Below, piece by piece: positions 14,809-29,110 of a stretch of 64,000 nucleotides of DNA. Below the pieces are notes generated by a model that was not told the origin of the DNA, searched no databases, and saw nothing but the letters and a program-made list of their open reading frames with translations. This DNA is from the human T2T-CHM13v2.0 reference genome, Homo sapiens. The number at the start of each line of letters is the position of its first letter. The stretch's first letter is position 1. The DNA lies in assembly GCF_009914755.1 (NCBI RefSeq), contig NC_060931.1. The stretch is one strand, 5' to 3'. The position numbers and the translations under genes are program-made.

Positions 14809-14989
14809 CAGCAGTTCTCAACCCTCGATGTAAATAGAACCATCTGGGAAGCTGAAGAAAAACAAATAAAACAGGTACTAAGGACCCACCCCAAACATAC
14901 TGAATTAGAATCTCTACGAGGAGACCTGGGCAGTCTTTCCTCAAATTTCCCAGGTGGTTCTAAGGTGCAGCCAGGTTTCAGGAGAACTG
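14809..14989. mobile_element. MER5-family hAT element
   Basis: Terminal inverted repeats cagcagttctc...gagaactg. Confidence 0.7.
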
Positions 14990-15769
14990 TAAAAATAAGT
15001 GATTGAGAATGGCAAATTGAACCTCTCCTCATCCACTTTAGCTATGGGGCTTGGAGCACTGCTCAGACATCGCCTCCTGCACATGCCTTGCTGAATGAAG
15101 AAGAGGTACTGTCATTTACCAATAGCATGGGGATCCGTGGCTGAACCTCCAAGTGGCTTGTGTAGAACAAAAAGCCACTGTTTCAGCAAATCCTGTCCTG
15201 CACCTGCTCATGTTGTATGTGTTTTCCATATCTAGACATAGCCCTAAGCTGAAGTATCTTCATGTCTGCACAGTAGCGTAGTACCCACATACCTTCAGAA
15301 AGAGTCTACCCTTTTAATGGCATCCATGGCATTATACTTAATTTTGACTTCCCATTGTTAAAGGGCACTATTCTAGTAGAAACATGTTTCCCTACTTAAA
15401 AGCTAAGTAGAAAATGAAAGTGGGTTCAAGGAGGACTTATAAACATTTCACAAACCTTTCACTGCAAGGGAGATAAATCAGCAAGAACCAACAGCTTCTG
15501 GGAAAATATACACAACAGATACAACAGAAACAAACCCCAAAGCTTCATCAATTTGATTTTATTTAGTTCTTGGGAATATTTCTTTTGGGCTGTGTTTACA
15601 AACAAGAGAATAGTTTTGCCTACCAATATGGGCCTCCCTGGTTAATGCAATCACAGAGAAACCTTTAAAATTTGAGAATTAAGTAACTAAAGAATTAGGA
15701 AAAATGGCTTAATTAGCGAGCTTACTTATCTCCACTTGTCACTGAATTTCCTAGTTTTATTAACAAGAA

Positions 15770-16725
15770 CTCATCCAGTCATACCTGGACTCCAAGATGG
15801 ACCCTCCCTACAGCAACCAACGTGAAGAAGCTCCCACTGGCCAAATCTGGGATGATTTGAACAGCAAATAAATGAATTATTGAATTATAATTCATAAAAT
15901 GAATAACCATGAGTCCATACTGATACAAGCAATTGAATAAATAAATAAATGAGGATCAGGAAGAAAGGACAGCCCTTCCTCATGGGATTATTTTAATTAC
16001 TAAATGCAGTAAAAAGAAGAAAACAGAAAACCACCTTAGGCAAACACCATAGTAATAAATGTTGCAGGCAAAAATCATCAACAGATGCTAACATCAGTGG
16101 ACAAACCTATGATGAGACATAGGATATTTGCATAAGTATCAAAGTATCTCCCGCCGAAATACTTAGTAAGTACACAGGAAAAAATAACAACTGTACAGTG
16201 GAGTTTAGCTCACACCACTTTAAACAAATGATAAAAATTATCGCCTATCATGAGACATGTTGACATCTGCCTCCTGATATGATGAACAGAGAAAGGCACT
16301 TTTATGCTGTTTTTGTCAAAATGCATACCTGAATATAATGACAAAATATCAGACAAACTCAAATTGAGGGGCATTCTTCAAAGTAACTGGCCTGTACTTT
16401 GCTAAAATTGTCAAGGTTAACAGGGACCAATAAAAACTAAGGAGCTATCCCAGATGAGAGGAGACCAAAGGAGCCAGACAATTAAAGGCATTATGTGATC
16501 CTGGACTAGAATAAGGAACTTAGCAGGACACATGGCACATGTGAATGAGGTCTATATTTTAGTTAATCGTGTGGATAAGTGCTGGTTTTGACAATTGTGC
16601 TGTGGTTATGTAGAAATGTTAACATTTGGAGAAGCTGAGTGATGCTTATAAGTGAACTCCCTTTGTACTAGTTTTGCAACTTTTAAGTCTAAAATTACTT
16701 CAAAATAAAAAGGTTCTTTAAAAAA
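15770..16725 (+). mobile_element. Old L1M (L1MC-like) 3' region
   Basis: gctcccactggccaaatctggga...gcaacttttaagtctaaaattacttcaaaataaaa. Confidence 0.65.
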
Positions 16726-17688
16726 AGAATAATGACCTTCTTCCTCCCCACAAATGTGGTCTCAAAAATTATTCAAATATTATCTCAAAATACAACATTT
16801 ATTTCTTTTCTGAAAGCTGCACCGCCCCTCCATAACTTCCTTGGGCTGCACAACAGAATGACTCTCATGGCTGCCCTGCCCACTCAGGTCTCTGGCATCT
16901 TCGCACGAATTAATCTCCCGAAAACACCTCCCTACATGTCACCTTATTTTTAACACAACAAACATATATTTGTAAGTTTACTCTCCCTGAGTGCTCACAG
17001 TGTTCCAAGTCTTTAACCTAGTGATCCACACCTTCCTTACCTGTCTACAAAGTTCCTGCTGCACTTCTCTACAGGCACTCTGCTTCAGCCAGGCAGGTTG
17101 TCTCCTTTTTATGAGACAAACCACATGCATTCCCCCTCCATGCCTGAGCCCTTGCCATGATCTCTGCTCTGTGCACTTTCCTGTATTTCTACATTCTGCC
17201 CTACAGTCAATCCACACAAACGCTGCATGAAGTCCAACCAAGCCCTGAGCCTCCCATGATTAATCTCTTCCCCCAAACATTCTAGCACTTTCCATATTTG
17301 CCACTGAAATATAGTGCCTCCTGGCCCCATTTGCAGGTATATGCCATCTCTTTTCAACCAACCTAACCCACCAGAGGGAGTCATGCCTTCTATAGATCTA
17401 GGACCATCAGTGTGGAGAAGGAGCTAACCGCTGACTAGCCAATAGTGATTTATTTCCAACATCACACTGTCTGATAACCTGCCAAGTGGTAAAGCATGAT
17501 ATTACCACCTCAAAAGCTATGAAACCCATCGCCACCACTGCCCCACTCCAATCACCACCTATCCTTTCCCCTCATTTCCATCCCTGCCTTAAGTGGTCAT
17601 GCATAGAGAGTGCAGAGTGTGCATACAGAGCTAGCTGAGTATACACAGAGGGAGTAGATATGACTCTATAAATTATAAATATATGTAA

Positions 17689-17970
17689 TTTTTTAAAGAC
17701 AGGGTCTTGCTCTGTCTCCCAGGCTGGAGTGCAGTGGCACAATCATGGCTCACTGCAGCCTTTATTTCCCAGACTCAAGCGATCCTTCCACCTCAGACCA
17801 CAAGTAGCTGGGACTACAGGTGCACACCACCATGCCTGGCTAATTTTTTATTTTTAGTAGAGACGACGTCTCACTATGTTGCCCAGGCTAGTCTCAAACT
17901 CCTGAGATCAAGCAATCCTTGCACCACAGGCTTCCAAAGTACTGGGATTATATGAGTCACCGCACCTGGC
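17689..17970 (-). mobile_element. Alu (AluJ-like)
   Basis: Reverse Alu dimer. Confidence 0.88.
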
Positions 17971-18439
17971 TAAATTTTATATACTGAATGATTTATGAGC
18001 TTGTTTGAAAACTTAATGATCCACTTGAATACCAATTATTCCTTTGTAGTGAAAAACATGGAAATTGTGTGGGGTCGTCAACAGGAAAAATGTTCTCTTT
18101 TCAATTCCCACATTACTCACAGGTCAGAAATGAGTGAAAGAAATAAACCTTGGAGTAGCCACCTTTCTTCCCTTCTTTGGCATCTGGATATAAACTACTG
18201 TCTTAAATGTGTCTTTTCAATTTGTACATAGATTTTTGAAAGCTGCAGAACAATAAAGGTGTGATAGTGTAGGGTCTTCTGATGAAAGGAAGAATTCAGG
18301 ATACTTGTTCCACTTTTTATTTTTCAATTACTCAACTAGGATATATGAAGAGCTTCAGAAATGTAGCAGCAGAATGGACCTCTGGGGGTCACCAGGCCTT
18401 CCTCTAAACGATGTGAGACAGTGGGGATGGAGATTAGGA

Positions 18440-18616
18440 GTCCACAGACCAAACCCGGTTGCCACCTGTTTCATAAATAAAGTTTTATTGGAACACTGTG
18501 TGTTTACATATCAACTCTGGCTGCTTTACTGCTACAACAGCAGAGTTACATAATGGCCAGCAAAGCCAAAAGTATTCACTATCTGGACCTTTACAGAAAA
18601 GGTTGGCCAATCCTGG
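18440..18616 (+). mobile_element. MER58A-like hAT element
   Basis: aaataaagttttattggaacac...ctttacagaaaaggttggccaatcctg. Confidence 0.75.
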
Positions 18617-18857
18617 TCTCGATTATCAAACTTTAAAGAACAGGAAGAGCTGTATAATCTCCCAGGCAATATATTCTAGTGCTTAACCAGTTATTAGTAA
18701 GAACTCTTAATTTTGAATCAAAATTATCTCCCATTGCAATTTAAGACTATTTCCTCCCAAACTATTTAAGGCACAATTCCATCTCTACTTAGGTTACATA
18801 AAAGCAAGAAATGGTAGCTAGAAGTTGTTTTGACCTAAGATTAAAACAAAAAGTAGA

Positions 18858-19140
18858 AGTACTAGTAAAGGGTACAAAGTTCTAATTATACAAGATACAC
18901 TATAAAGCAAAGCACCTATGGTTAACAACACTGTATTGCACACTTAAAAAGTCTGCTGAGAGAGTAGGTCTTACGTTAAGTGTTCTTACCACAAAAAAAA
19001 TATTAAAGAGGATGAGAGGAAACTTTTGCAGGTAATGGATAGGTTCGTGGCAAAGTTTATTTCCAAACTCAAGTTGTATATATTACATATGTACAGCTTT
19101 TTGTATGTCAATCATACCTTAATAAAGTGGTTAAAAAAAG
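18858..19140 (+). mobile_element. L1M 3' end
   Basis: aagggtacaaagtt...tgtatgtcaatcataccttaataaag. Confidence 0.7.
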
Positions 19141-19679
19141 CAAATGAAAAAGGAGCAATTAGTTTCACTAACTCCTTTTAAATTGGGAATTTTCAATCTA
19201 TAAATAATCTGGACAATGCTTGACTCCAGAAAACTGATGCTAAAGGCCAAATATACAAAAGTACTAGTAAATCCATAAGTGTAAAGTGTTGTTTCAAATA
19301 TCTGAATCTTGCACATAACACTCTCTCCGCCTAGAATGCCTTTCTACTCATGTTTAAATTTTCATATAGATTGTAAAAATACATTCATATGCTCAAATCT
19401 CCTGTTAGAATTTATGTGTTTCTAAAGCATTTTGGATTCCAGATTCTTATTTACATTTGAATTTCCCCTGATTCATTACATGAATCTTAAAGATAGGATC
19501 TATATTGTGCTCATACTTATAAATGTCCAGTGTCCAACATGATGCATTCTGTGTAGCTAATTATCATTAAATGTTTATAAAGGAAAAAAATCTAGCCCTT
19601 TTAATACCTTCCTTAACGCTCTTCACCTTCCAGAGTTTCCAGTTCCTTCCTCTGTGCACTGCATCCTCTCCTCCCGGGA

Positions 19680-20110
19680 GGCAGCCTTGCATCACTGGTA
19701 AGAGTGGAGCTCTGGGTTCACCTTGCTTGGATTCAAAGCTCATCAGCACCACTTAAAAGTTGTGTCCTTGGACAAGTTATTTAACTTCTTTGTCCCTCTG
19801 TTTCTACCTCTTTAAATGAGTGAAATAAAATCTACTTTTAAGGTTGTTGTAAAAACTAAATGACTTAAAATTGTGATTCCCAAACTTCAGCATGCATCAG
19901 ACATCAGAGACACCTAGAGAGCCTATTTAAAAGATTGCTGGGCTCCAACCCATGGATTTTGGTTCAGTAGGTCTGGGGTGAAGCCTCAGAGTCTCCAATT
20001 CTAACAAGTTCCCAAAGGATCAACCACTAATGTAAAATTATATAAAGAGCTTAGAACAGCACCTGCTATGTAACAAGTGCTTGGTGAATGTTACCTATTG
20101 TTATTGTTGA
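19680..20110 (+). mobile_element. MIR with a nested MER5A fragment (about 19873-20020)
   Basis: MIR ccttggacaagttatttaacttc... interrupted by gattcccaaacttcagcatgcatcaga...ctaacaagttccc. Confidence 0.6.
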
Positions 20111-21844
20111 GCACTCAAGAAATTTGGAAATTTTAGTATTACTATGTACATGAATGTGGGTCTCCCCTACTAGACCGTAAGCTTTTCAAGGGACAGGATT
20201 ATATACTTTTCACCCACATCCCTAGGACGTGGCAGAGTGCCTGTCACAAAGCAAGGCCAGTGGGACCCTAATAGAATTCTCTACATACCAAGAGAGAACC
20301 CTCTTACCCAAGGTTCCTCCTGGTCAGAAGGGAAAATAGGATGTGTGAGAAAGAAAATCCTTCTCCTGGAAAATTCCCAGGCATTTCCCATCAAGCATCT
20401 TTTGGACATGGGCTATTTCATTCACTGGCTTGAGCCGTGAGGGTTAGGTCCCATTTCCCACACCTGGGAGTCTGGAAGAGCTAAACTGGAACTATTCAAC
20501 TGTTATTAGCTTCTTGGGACCAGAGTCCTTTCCCAAATGGGTACAGAATTTCTAAGGGCTTCTGCCAGTGTAACAACCTGCCATCACCACTGTTTAGAAC
20601 CCTAAGTACAGTCAATTTTTATATATACAAACATTTTACCTGGACAGTGACAAGTGGAAATCCTGTAATTGACACTAAACGTATACTATACCTACATACA
20701 TACCTACATACATACATTTATTTATCTAAACATCTGTTACCAACTCAAAGCACATTTACTGGTGTTAACAGAAAACAGCAAATTAAAATGCTATCCCAAT
20801 GTGTAATACCACCACTTGACAATTCCAAAACCCTGCTCCCACAGTCTTCTCTACTGGCCTCCCACCAATGACTTATCAGATGTGATGTTGCCTCTTACTT
20901 TCTTGGCGGAGGAGGTCAAGCAGACACAAGCCCTGGCCCCAAAAGCAGGATGCTGTGCAGCTAAGATGAACAACAGGGCAAAGAGGCCAACAAAAGAGTC
21001 ACTTGATCTTCAGACTGAAGCAACCTGATTGCCTCAAACTTACTGGATGTATTTTTGCCTCCTCTCTAACTTTTTTCACTATACAGGGGGAAAGTCATAT
21101 TCAGGTTCCAATTTACGTGTATTCTGCTCTGTAAGCTCCAAGAGCAACTTAAAGTTATTTGTGTTTACTTCTCCTGTTTAAGCATAATTACTGTAAGAGG
21201 TGCTTCATAAGGGATTCTATTTTTAGAATGCTCTCAATTTTTAATTTTAATCAAACTTCATTTTAAACACCAACAACTGCACTCTTTCTGCTTTCAATCT
21301 GCATGAAATTAGGTAGCAAACTTAATTTCTTCTTTTATTCAGCTAAGCTAGAGTAAATCACAACCCTAATTTTTTTCAAAGAGGCCCCTTTTAAAAGTAT
21401 GTTTACACTGATTGATAATCTGTTTCTAGATGAAAGATCTAAAGTTAATAAAGTGTCCTCCACTCCAAAAGTAGATAACTAGGGAATCAGTCAACAAAAT
21501 ATATATGAATTACAGAGGAAGGCACCTGTTGCTAGGGTATGTTTACTACTTAAAAGGATTCCCCTCACTCTGGTTCCTCCTCCCTTCCCGCAGTCTAGTC
21601 CAGACACATGATGAAACATTATGCAGCCATTTCAGATGTTTTAAAGAGTCTTAACACATGGAAATATTTTGATGAAAAGAGAAAAATAAAAATAAGTAAA
21701 AGTAAAGAGACAGTATAAGATCAACAATACCCAATAAACAAACAGAATGGAATACACCAAAACGCTAACAGAATGGGTTCTGTGTCATAGCTAGATTGTT
21801 GTTTTTCCCTCTTCCCAAACTTCCACATTTTTGATGTTGGATAT

Positions 21845-22130
21845 TGTCAGGTCCAGGGTCAGGATCCAGCCCATGCTGAGGTCCGAAGGCAATGGGTGGA
21901 TGAGTGGCAGACAGGTAAAAGAACACTCAGGGGGCCACAGGCAGGTACAAGATATTTTTATTCAGCAGTTGTCTTAGACTGTCTCTGTCTCCACTAACTG
22001 CTCCCGCCGCTCCCACACACAGCTGCATGGCCAGCTCTCTCTTCAGGGTCAGCAACTTAACTCCTTCCCTCTGGGCACAAGCAAACAGAGCTGTGTCCTG
22101 GCTCCCCACAGTCTGTCTACAAGACAGCTA
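21845..22130 (-). mobile_element. Truncated LTR18-family (ERVL/HERV-S) LTR, 3' half
   Basis: Reverse complement aligns with 25970-26311; ORF-track peptides also match (VKLLTLK...LLNK...P). Confidence 0.7.
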
Positions 22131-23574
22131 TAAAACAATATATAAAAAAGCTATGAAGCAACATAACATTTCCACTCTCATAGCCCTGTCACCTCCAACC
22201 CTATAAAGGAAAGACAAAGTTCACAGATAAAAACGATGACTCGACACATAAAGGATTAAGAACAAGTCTACAGACAGAAAGAAATCCACAGGTAAGTTAG
22301 CTCTCATGTAACTGCAGTTATGGATGGGGGAAAGTGAGTTAAACCTCTAGGTAAAGAGCTGAGAAAGCAGGACAAGGCTGGGGTCTGCTGGGAAGGATGT
22401 TGGCACTAATGCTCCCTTTCTGCCCAGTGAAGTCCATTTGGCTTTCTGCCCATCCTGAAGAGATGTAAGCACAGAGGAGACCATGGATGTAAGGGAAGGA
22501 GCCCTGTGCAAGTGTAAAGGCAGACAGAAGACGGTGATAACCTATGGTAGGGAAATTTCAAACAGCAAAGCAAGAAGAGATGAGGCAGCCCTTCCATTTC
22601 TAAATGGCCCTTTGTAGGTAAAGGATACAAACTAGGCTCTGCCCAAGTTCCTGTTCTAAGAACATCATTGTTCGGAGTGTCTTGTGGCCCATTTGCTAAA
22701 GTGCTTAGGATCACTTTCTCTTGCCATTAACCTCTGAATAATCAAATCTAACAACATCTGAAGAAAACAATTCAGAAAGTAAATACTGCAAAGTCAAATA
22801 TCAGTAACTCAGGAGTCCCCCGTATTTAGATTCCATCATGTCTATACGCAACCAGGTTCTATATCAGCTTCAGAAACAGGAGTGTGATATATGCAATGGA
22901 TTATAAGACAACAGCTACATTTAATACCTGACCTGAAGGCACATGGTCAATGTCGTTTTTAGTAAAATCCAAACTCCCTCTCTGACCCAGAATACAGGTA
23001 TTGCATTAGCTACTCACTCTGGGGTATGTAAACCGCATATCAATTTTTAAATTAAAATCATGATCCTCACATATAGGACGCTAGCTTCATTAGAGCTCCA
23101 CAGGCAAGGATTTCAGCTTTGATCCCTGCTCCACAGCCCTCCACTGTCCACCACATTCCCTCCTGAGTCCCGAGTGCCAACTCTCCAGTTCGACACCAGA
23201 GAACGTCAGTACTCAGGCTTCAGCATGCAAACTGCGACACAGATAGCAACCCTTGGGAGGAAACGGGGTTTTAAAGAACCCTGAAATACAGATTCAATTA
23301 ACTACTTTTCCACACAGATCTTTCACTGAGGGTAAGATTAAATCACCAACATAGTTGTTTTTAAAGCAGTTCCTAAGCTGGACTGAAACTATTTTAAAAG
23401 TTGTAGATGGAACATAAAATGGAATGATTGAATCTTATTTCTTTTTTCTAAGATATGCCCCTCTCCAAGGTGGAAGGCCCACAGAAGCTCGATCTTTCTA
23501 TACCCTCTTAAGTCTGATATTACGTGTGTCCTTGAAATAAAAGGTCAACACCCCTTTAAAAAGTTACAGGAGGT

Positions 23575-23964
<390 letters not shown>

Positions 23965-25737
23965 TTACCAGTGATTTCCTTCTATTTCTATTGCATAATC
24001 CAAGAATCATGACTTAGAGGAAACTTGTTGAAAGTAATGGAAAAACTTAGAACATCAAAGTATTGTTAAAATTCTAGGGTAAAAACATTATATCCTTCCA
24101 GCTTGAAAACCACATGATTCTGGAGATTGGTTGCACAACATGAATGTACTTAACAATACTTAACTGTACACTGAAAAATGGTTATGATGAAAAATTTTAT
24201 CTTATGTGTATTTTATGACAATTAAAAGCAAAAAAAAATTTTAACTATATTTGACAGATTCTGAAATTACAAATTTACTTGCAAATGATAATCTCCAAAG
24301 TTAACTAAAAACAAAACTAAAGCCTCCCGGTTGAAGGTTCTCTACCAGGGCACTCGAACTTTGCCTGTAAATTGCTGTGCCTCCACGCCCTGGGGAGATT
24401 TAATGCCCTGTCAAACCTTCTTCATTTCAGTAAGGTTTTCAATGGCAACCTTAGAAAGGTAATCATGAGCAAATGAAGCTCCAGGAGTTAATTAGCACAA
24501 TTGTTTCCCAATGTTTTATTTTTACATATGTACTTAAATGCAGTAAAAAAGTCATCATATAAATAAAGCCCTAAATACAAAGGTAAAATGAGGAGTGTTC
24601 CACCTACAGAGAACAGGATGTTCTTCTTTCTGTGAAAAGCACTTTCTCCCTCCACTCTCACCCACATTTCTGTAGTAAAGATTCCATGCTAACAAGAGGT
24701 TTTCAACAACTGGTTCCCATTTCTTATTATGGACGAGATTTGACACACACAGGAAACTTGTTTTCGAAAGCTTTCCAGTTATAAATTAATTCCATGACTC
24801 ATGGGAGGCAATTTCTTTCACATAGTCCTCACCTAAGTCCTATGTATCTCAAGCTGGACAGCAAACACTTCTCACAATCACAGTCCTATTAACCAACAGG
24901 TGGCACATTAAATCTTTAGCCACCTTCTCTCTGGCTTTCTTACACCCTTCTACGCCTGAGGGAGCAACCCACTACAGGGTACACAGACACACAATTGGAA
25001 GAACCTGTGGCTGTTTTCGTAAATCACTGGCTTTCAAACTTTTTTTTACTGCAACCCACTGTAAGGAGTATATTTTATATGGTTACCCAGGTCACACAAA
25101 CATATGTGTGTAGGTACATAGCTGAAATAAAATGCTTTTAATCATCTCTTACTCTGCCTACCAAGTGAGATCAACTCTGAGCTCATTATGTGATACAGAT
25201 ATATATTCATATTAAATGCTAACATTTCACTATAGTGATTCTATAATTCTCATGTTAAACTGTCACGAAAAAAACTTTTTAAAAGTTCCTTTGAGTCTTC
25301 AGATCTTCAGTAGATAAATATTTAAGTATTTACATATTTAAAATCAGGTTGAACTGCATGACTATATACCCAGATACAGTGGGGGGTCAGGGGGAGGAGG
25401 TGAAAGAGAGAGGGCAACACTAACCAACCTTGGGCCCAAAACAGCATATTCAGTGCATGGGATATACTTAGTCATTAATGTTTTTTTAAGTAAAGCTTCC
25501 CTACAAACAGACTCTGATCTAGGTTTGCCAGAATAACCAACAGTCTTAACAATCTTACCTGAAGGGAAAGATTATTTCAACAAAAGAATGGACAGCTGTA
25601 GTTTTCTTTGAGCCAAATTTAAAGAATGAAAAGAGTATTTATTACAGGAATCTCCCATTCTTTTTTATTTCTAAATATTAATGCTGCAATTTTTAAAAAG
25701 AGGGGGACCTCTAAAAACCTTCATAGGGGTAGGATGG

Positions 25738-26311
25738 TGTAAGGTATATGAATGTGCTTTGGTCAAGGAATAGGCTGAGGCACACATCCAGGCCTGCATG
25801 ACTTGGTGGGATTTGCGCGCAGGCACACACCTCCACTTGTTATATAACCTGTTTGTGTAAGCTCATATTTGGCTTGGAGCCACTATTGTTTGGAAAAGGT
25901 ATAACTGCCGTGCTGGCACTGTATAGGTGCTCTTGTGCTGGCACCCAGAGAAACAGAGAGAGAACCAGAGCTGTCTGTCTTGCAGATGGACAGAGGGGAG
26001 CCAGGGCACGGCATGGCTTGACATGGCTCGTGCTTGTGCCCCAAGAAACGGTTAAACTACTGACCCTGAAGGCAAAGGAGAGTCGGCTGCGCCGTTGTGC
26101 ATGGGAGCGGCTGGCTCAAGCAGCCAAGACAGAGCGGACAGTGTTAAGAGAGCTGCTAATGAGAGAGCTGCTGAATAAAACTACATTTCACCTGCCTACA
26201 GCGCCCCGAGTGTTCTTTCCAGTATCACCAATCCACCCACACCCCACGGACCTCAGCATGGGCCCGAGCCTGACCCTGAGCATGACATTTGGGTTAGTCG
26301 TGGACCTGACA
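25738..26311 (+). mobile_element. Solo LTR, LTR18 family (ERVL/HERV-S)
   Basis: TG...CA ends, perfect 5-bp TSD gatgg (25733-25737 and 26312-26316), AATAAA near 26174. Confidence 0.8.
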
Positions 26312-28679
26312 GATGGGTTTGTCTACCACAAGAGTTTCCATCTTGGCTTTTTCTCATTCAACAAAACAATAGGAGGAAAGAGAAAGAGAAGTGTTAAAAA
26401 TGATCATGAAAACATAGTATTAATAACACACACACACAAAGTGGCAGAAAAAAAATGAATACACTATTCCTAAGGGCAGCAGTGTAAAACTAAAGCCCAA
26501 AATGTAGACATTGAGGTCTTTATGTATCCTCTGTCGTTAATCATGTTCCAGAATCAATGTTTCCGAGAGAACCATGAAGAACTGAAACAAAGTCCTTGAA
26601 CAAAGATTGGCAATTTCTGATAAGGGAAAAGCTAAGGCAAGCAAGGAAGAGATTGTGGCATAGAAGGAACACCTGCATCCTGGACAGCAGCCTGGCATTT
26701 ATTTAGCAGCACTGCCAACATACATATGTATACATATAAGATCACTTAGCAGTATGTATTTACCAACCACTGATCTACTGCTTATTATTTTCCACTCACT
26801 GTTCTAAGCACTTGTTATAAATATTAATGCATTTATTATTCATAACTATCTTTGGAAACACAGAGAGGTTAAGTCACTTGCCCACAGTCATTCAGTGGGT
26901 GAGGGTCAGGGAAACCCTGGATAGCTGGATCCAGCTTTTACATTTGTAATCTCTACATTCTTCCTATCCTTCTCTGAAGAATGCTCTTGGTTCCTGCTCC
27001 ATTTGAAGCCTACCTCTCCAGCCGTCCAATAATTCTGCAAGCCAACCTGCATCTCAACATCCTTCCAGTAATTTCAGAGTTGGTCTCTTGTTTGCAATTA
27101 AGACCCCTGACAGATTCAGTCCCGAATCCAGTTACAAAGAAGAGTGTTATGTGAACACAAAAGCCTCCACTGTATCCTGCCCCAATAGCAAGTCAACTAC
27201 CTGAGGAACACTGAGAAGAGGCAATGGGTGGGGATAGGCAGGGGCATGCATGTTTATAAACGAGCCAAATCCTTACCTTACAATCAAGAGCACTTGCAAA
27301 TTTATGAAAGCAAGAAATAGTGGTGTTCATTTTTAGTTTCAACGAGGCAAGTGGATTTCATGTGATCAGCTACACAAGTTCACAGTTTTCTACCAGACTC
27401 TACTCTGACAAACAGCTATCAGTATCTTTAAGCCACAGTTCCCTGGACTTCACACACATAGAAATCTAAGAACTGGGAAAGGCAGAGGTAGATAAAGGGA
27501 GTAAACTCTCTCCTTTTTATCCAGTCAGTTCCCTCTCTTCCCACAAGAGCTATCTTCTACCTCATCTTCCCACACCTACCTCAAGGCTAGGCTTGAGGAC
27601 AACTGGCACCATGCTGACTGGGCAATGAAGGTGGAGACCTGGCACTGGGCAGATGCAGCCTGGGGACAAGGTGGGGTGGGTGGGGCATCTACTTCCATTT
27701 TCCTGGAGGCCACAAAGCCGTATCAACTCTAGGGTGGGGGGACACACAGAATGGTCAGACTGCCATCTAGTTCTCCTTCCCTGAACCAAAACAAGAAACA
27801 AGCAAAAAAAAAAAACAACAAAACAACAACAACAACAACAACGAAACTTCCAAAGCTGTCCTAAAGGCAAATATCACCATTTAGTCATTTAAAAAGCAAC
27901 TCCTTTCCTTCTCTGTCACATAAGGTAACTTGCACAACAGAAACTACTTTTCATACAAACATGCAAACAACCACACTTATAATTTCTTAAATAAGAATAT
28001 TGGGAATCTAAGAGACTTTCTGTATAGAAAAGACAACCTTTGGTCATATTTCTGACAGACTTCTAGTCCTCTCAACACCAGAAACCTATTTGGTGTTCTT
28101 GTTGATTTTTAGTTTTTTGTTCAAACAGAAAGCAAATTACTGAATCCTAAGCATCCCTTCCTTCCCAACGCCCAGACTTCTTATTCCCAATGCCTCCATC
28201 TTAGATCAGGCCCTCAAGCCCTATCACCCGGGCAACAATCCCTAAGTGACTTCCCTGCCTTAACCTCTCCTTTCCCCACTCTGCACACTCTTCAGAAAGA
28301 GACCAATCTTTCTAAAGAAATGCTTTTGTCAACTGATGGTGACTGCCACCTTACATCTGTTACATCATGTCCACATATAGTCTCACCTTTATTCTGCCCC
28401 AAACCATGTATCTACTACATGAAGTGGTTCCAAAATGCTCATGTGAGGCACAATACGAATAAGGGCAATGAAATTTAATTTCATAAAATTAAATTTACTT
28501 AATTATGAAGAAGGGTCCTTTATTCTGGTGGTACAGAAACAGGCTATACCCTACTGGGAGAAGACTGAACTTAAGCAAAATAAAGAAGTTAATTATCAAT
28601 TATGTATGTTAGACAGTGGTAGAGGAATAAGGCATGGAGAGGAGGTTGATGTTACAATTTTAAGTACAGTGGCCAAGGG

Positions 28680-29014
28680 GTCTTCAGACAGCCAGCTGGG
28701 AAGCGGTCCCCAGAGAAACTCCAACCAGCCTGTGCACTGAGAGGAGTGTGCACTGGGATGGAGCCACAGAAGTTGGTGCCATTTGCAGTGGGGAGGAGCC
28801 TGGCCCCTCCTCTTCCTGGGTGGAACCTGGGATTCAATCTGCCAGGCGGGAAGTGCACAAGCAGAACTCTGGCTTTGCAGAGGATCCCTGTTTCCCTTTT
28901 CACCCAATAAACCCTGCCCTCCTCACCTTTCAAATTGCCTGTGAGCCTAATTTTTCGTGGCTGTGTGACAAGGACCCCCATCTTTAGCTGAGCTAAGGAA
29001 AGAGTCCTACAACA
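28680..29014 (+). mobile_element. ERV1-type LTR 3' portion inserted in L2 (family uncertain)
   Basis: AATAAA followed by a U5-like end ...tagctgagctaagga...caaca; both flanks are L2-like. Confidence 0.6.
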
Positions 29015-29110
29015 GGCTCACAGAGAAAATAGCCTTTGAGCAGAGAGGTGAATGGATATCTTGAGAAAGGGCTTCAGACTGAGAAAACAAGTGCACGGGC
29101 CCTGAGGTGG

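Noticed and set aside
25853-26458. 201-aa plus-strand ORF
   Set aside because: Mostly inside an LTR18 solo LTR, starts at a non-ATG codon and has no gag/pol/env motifs.
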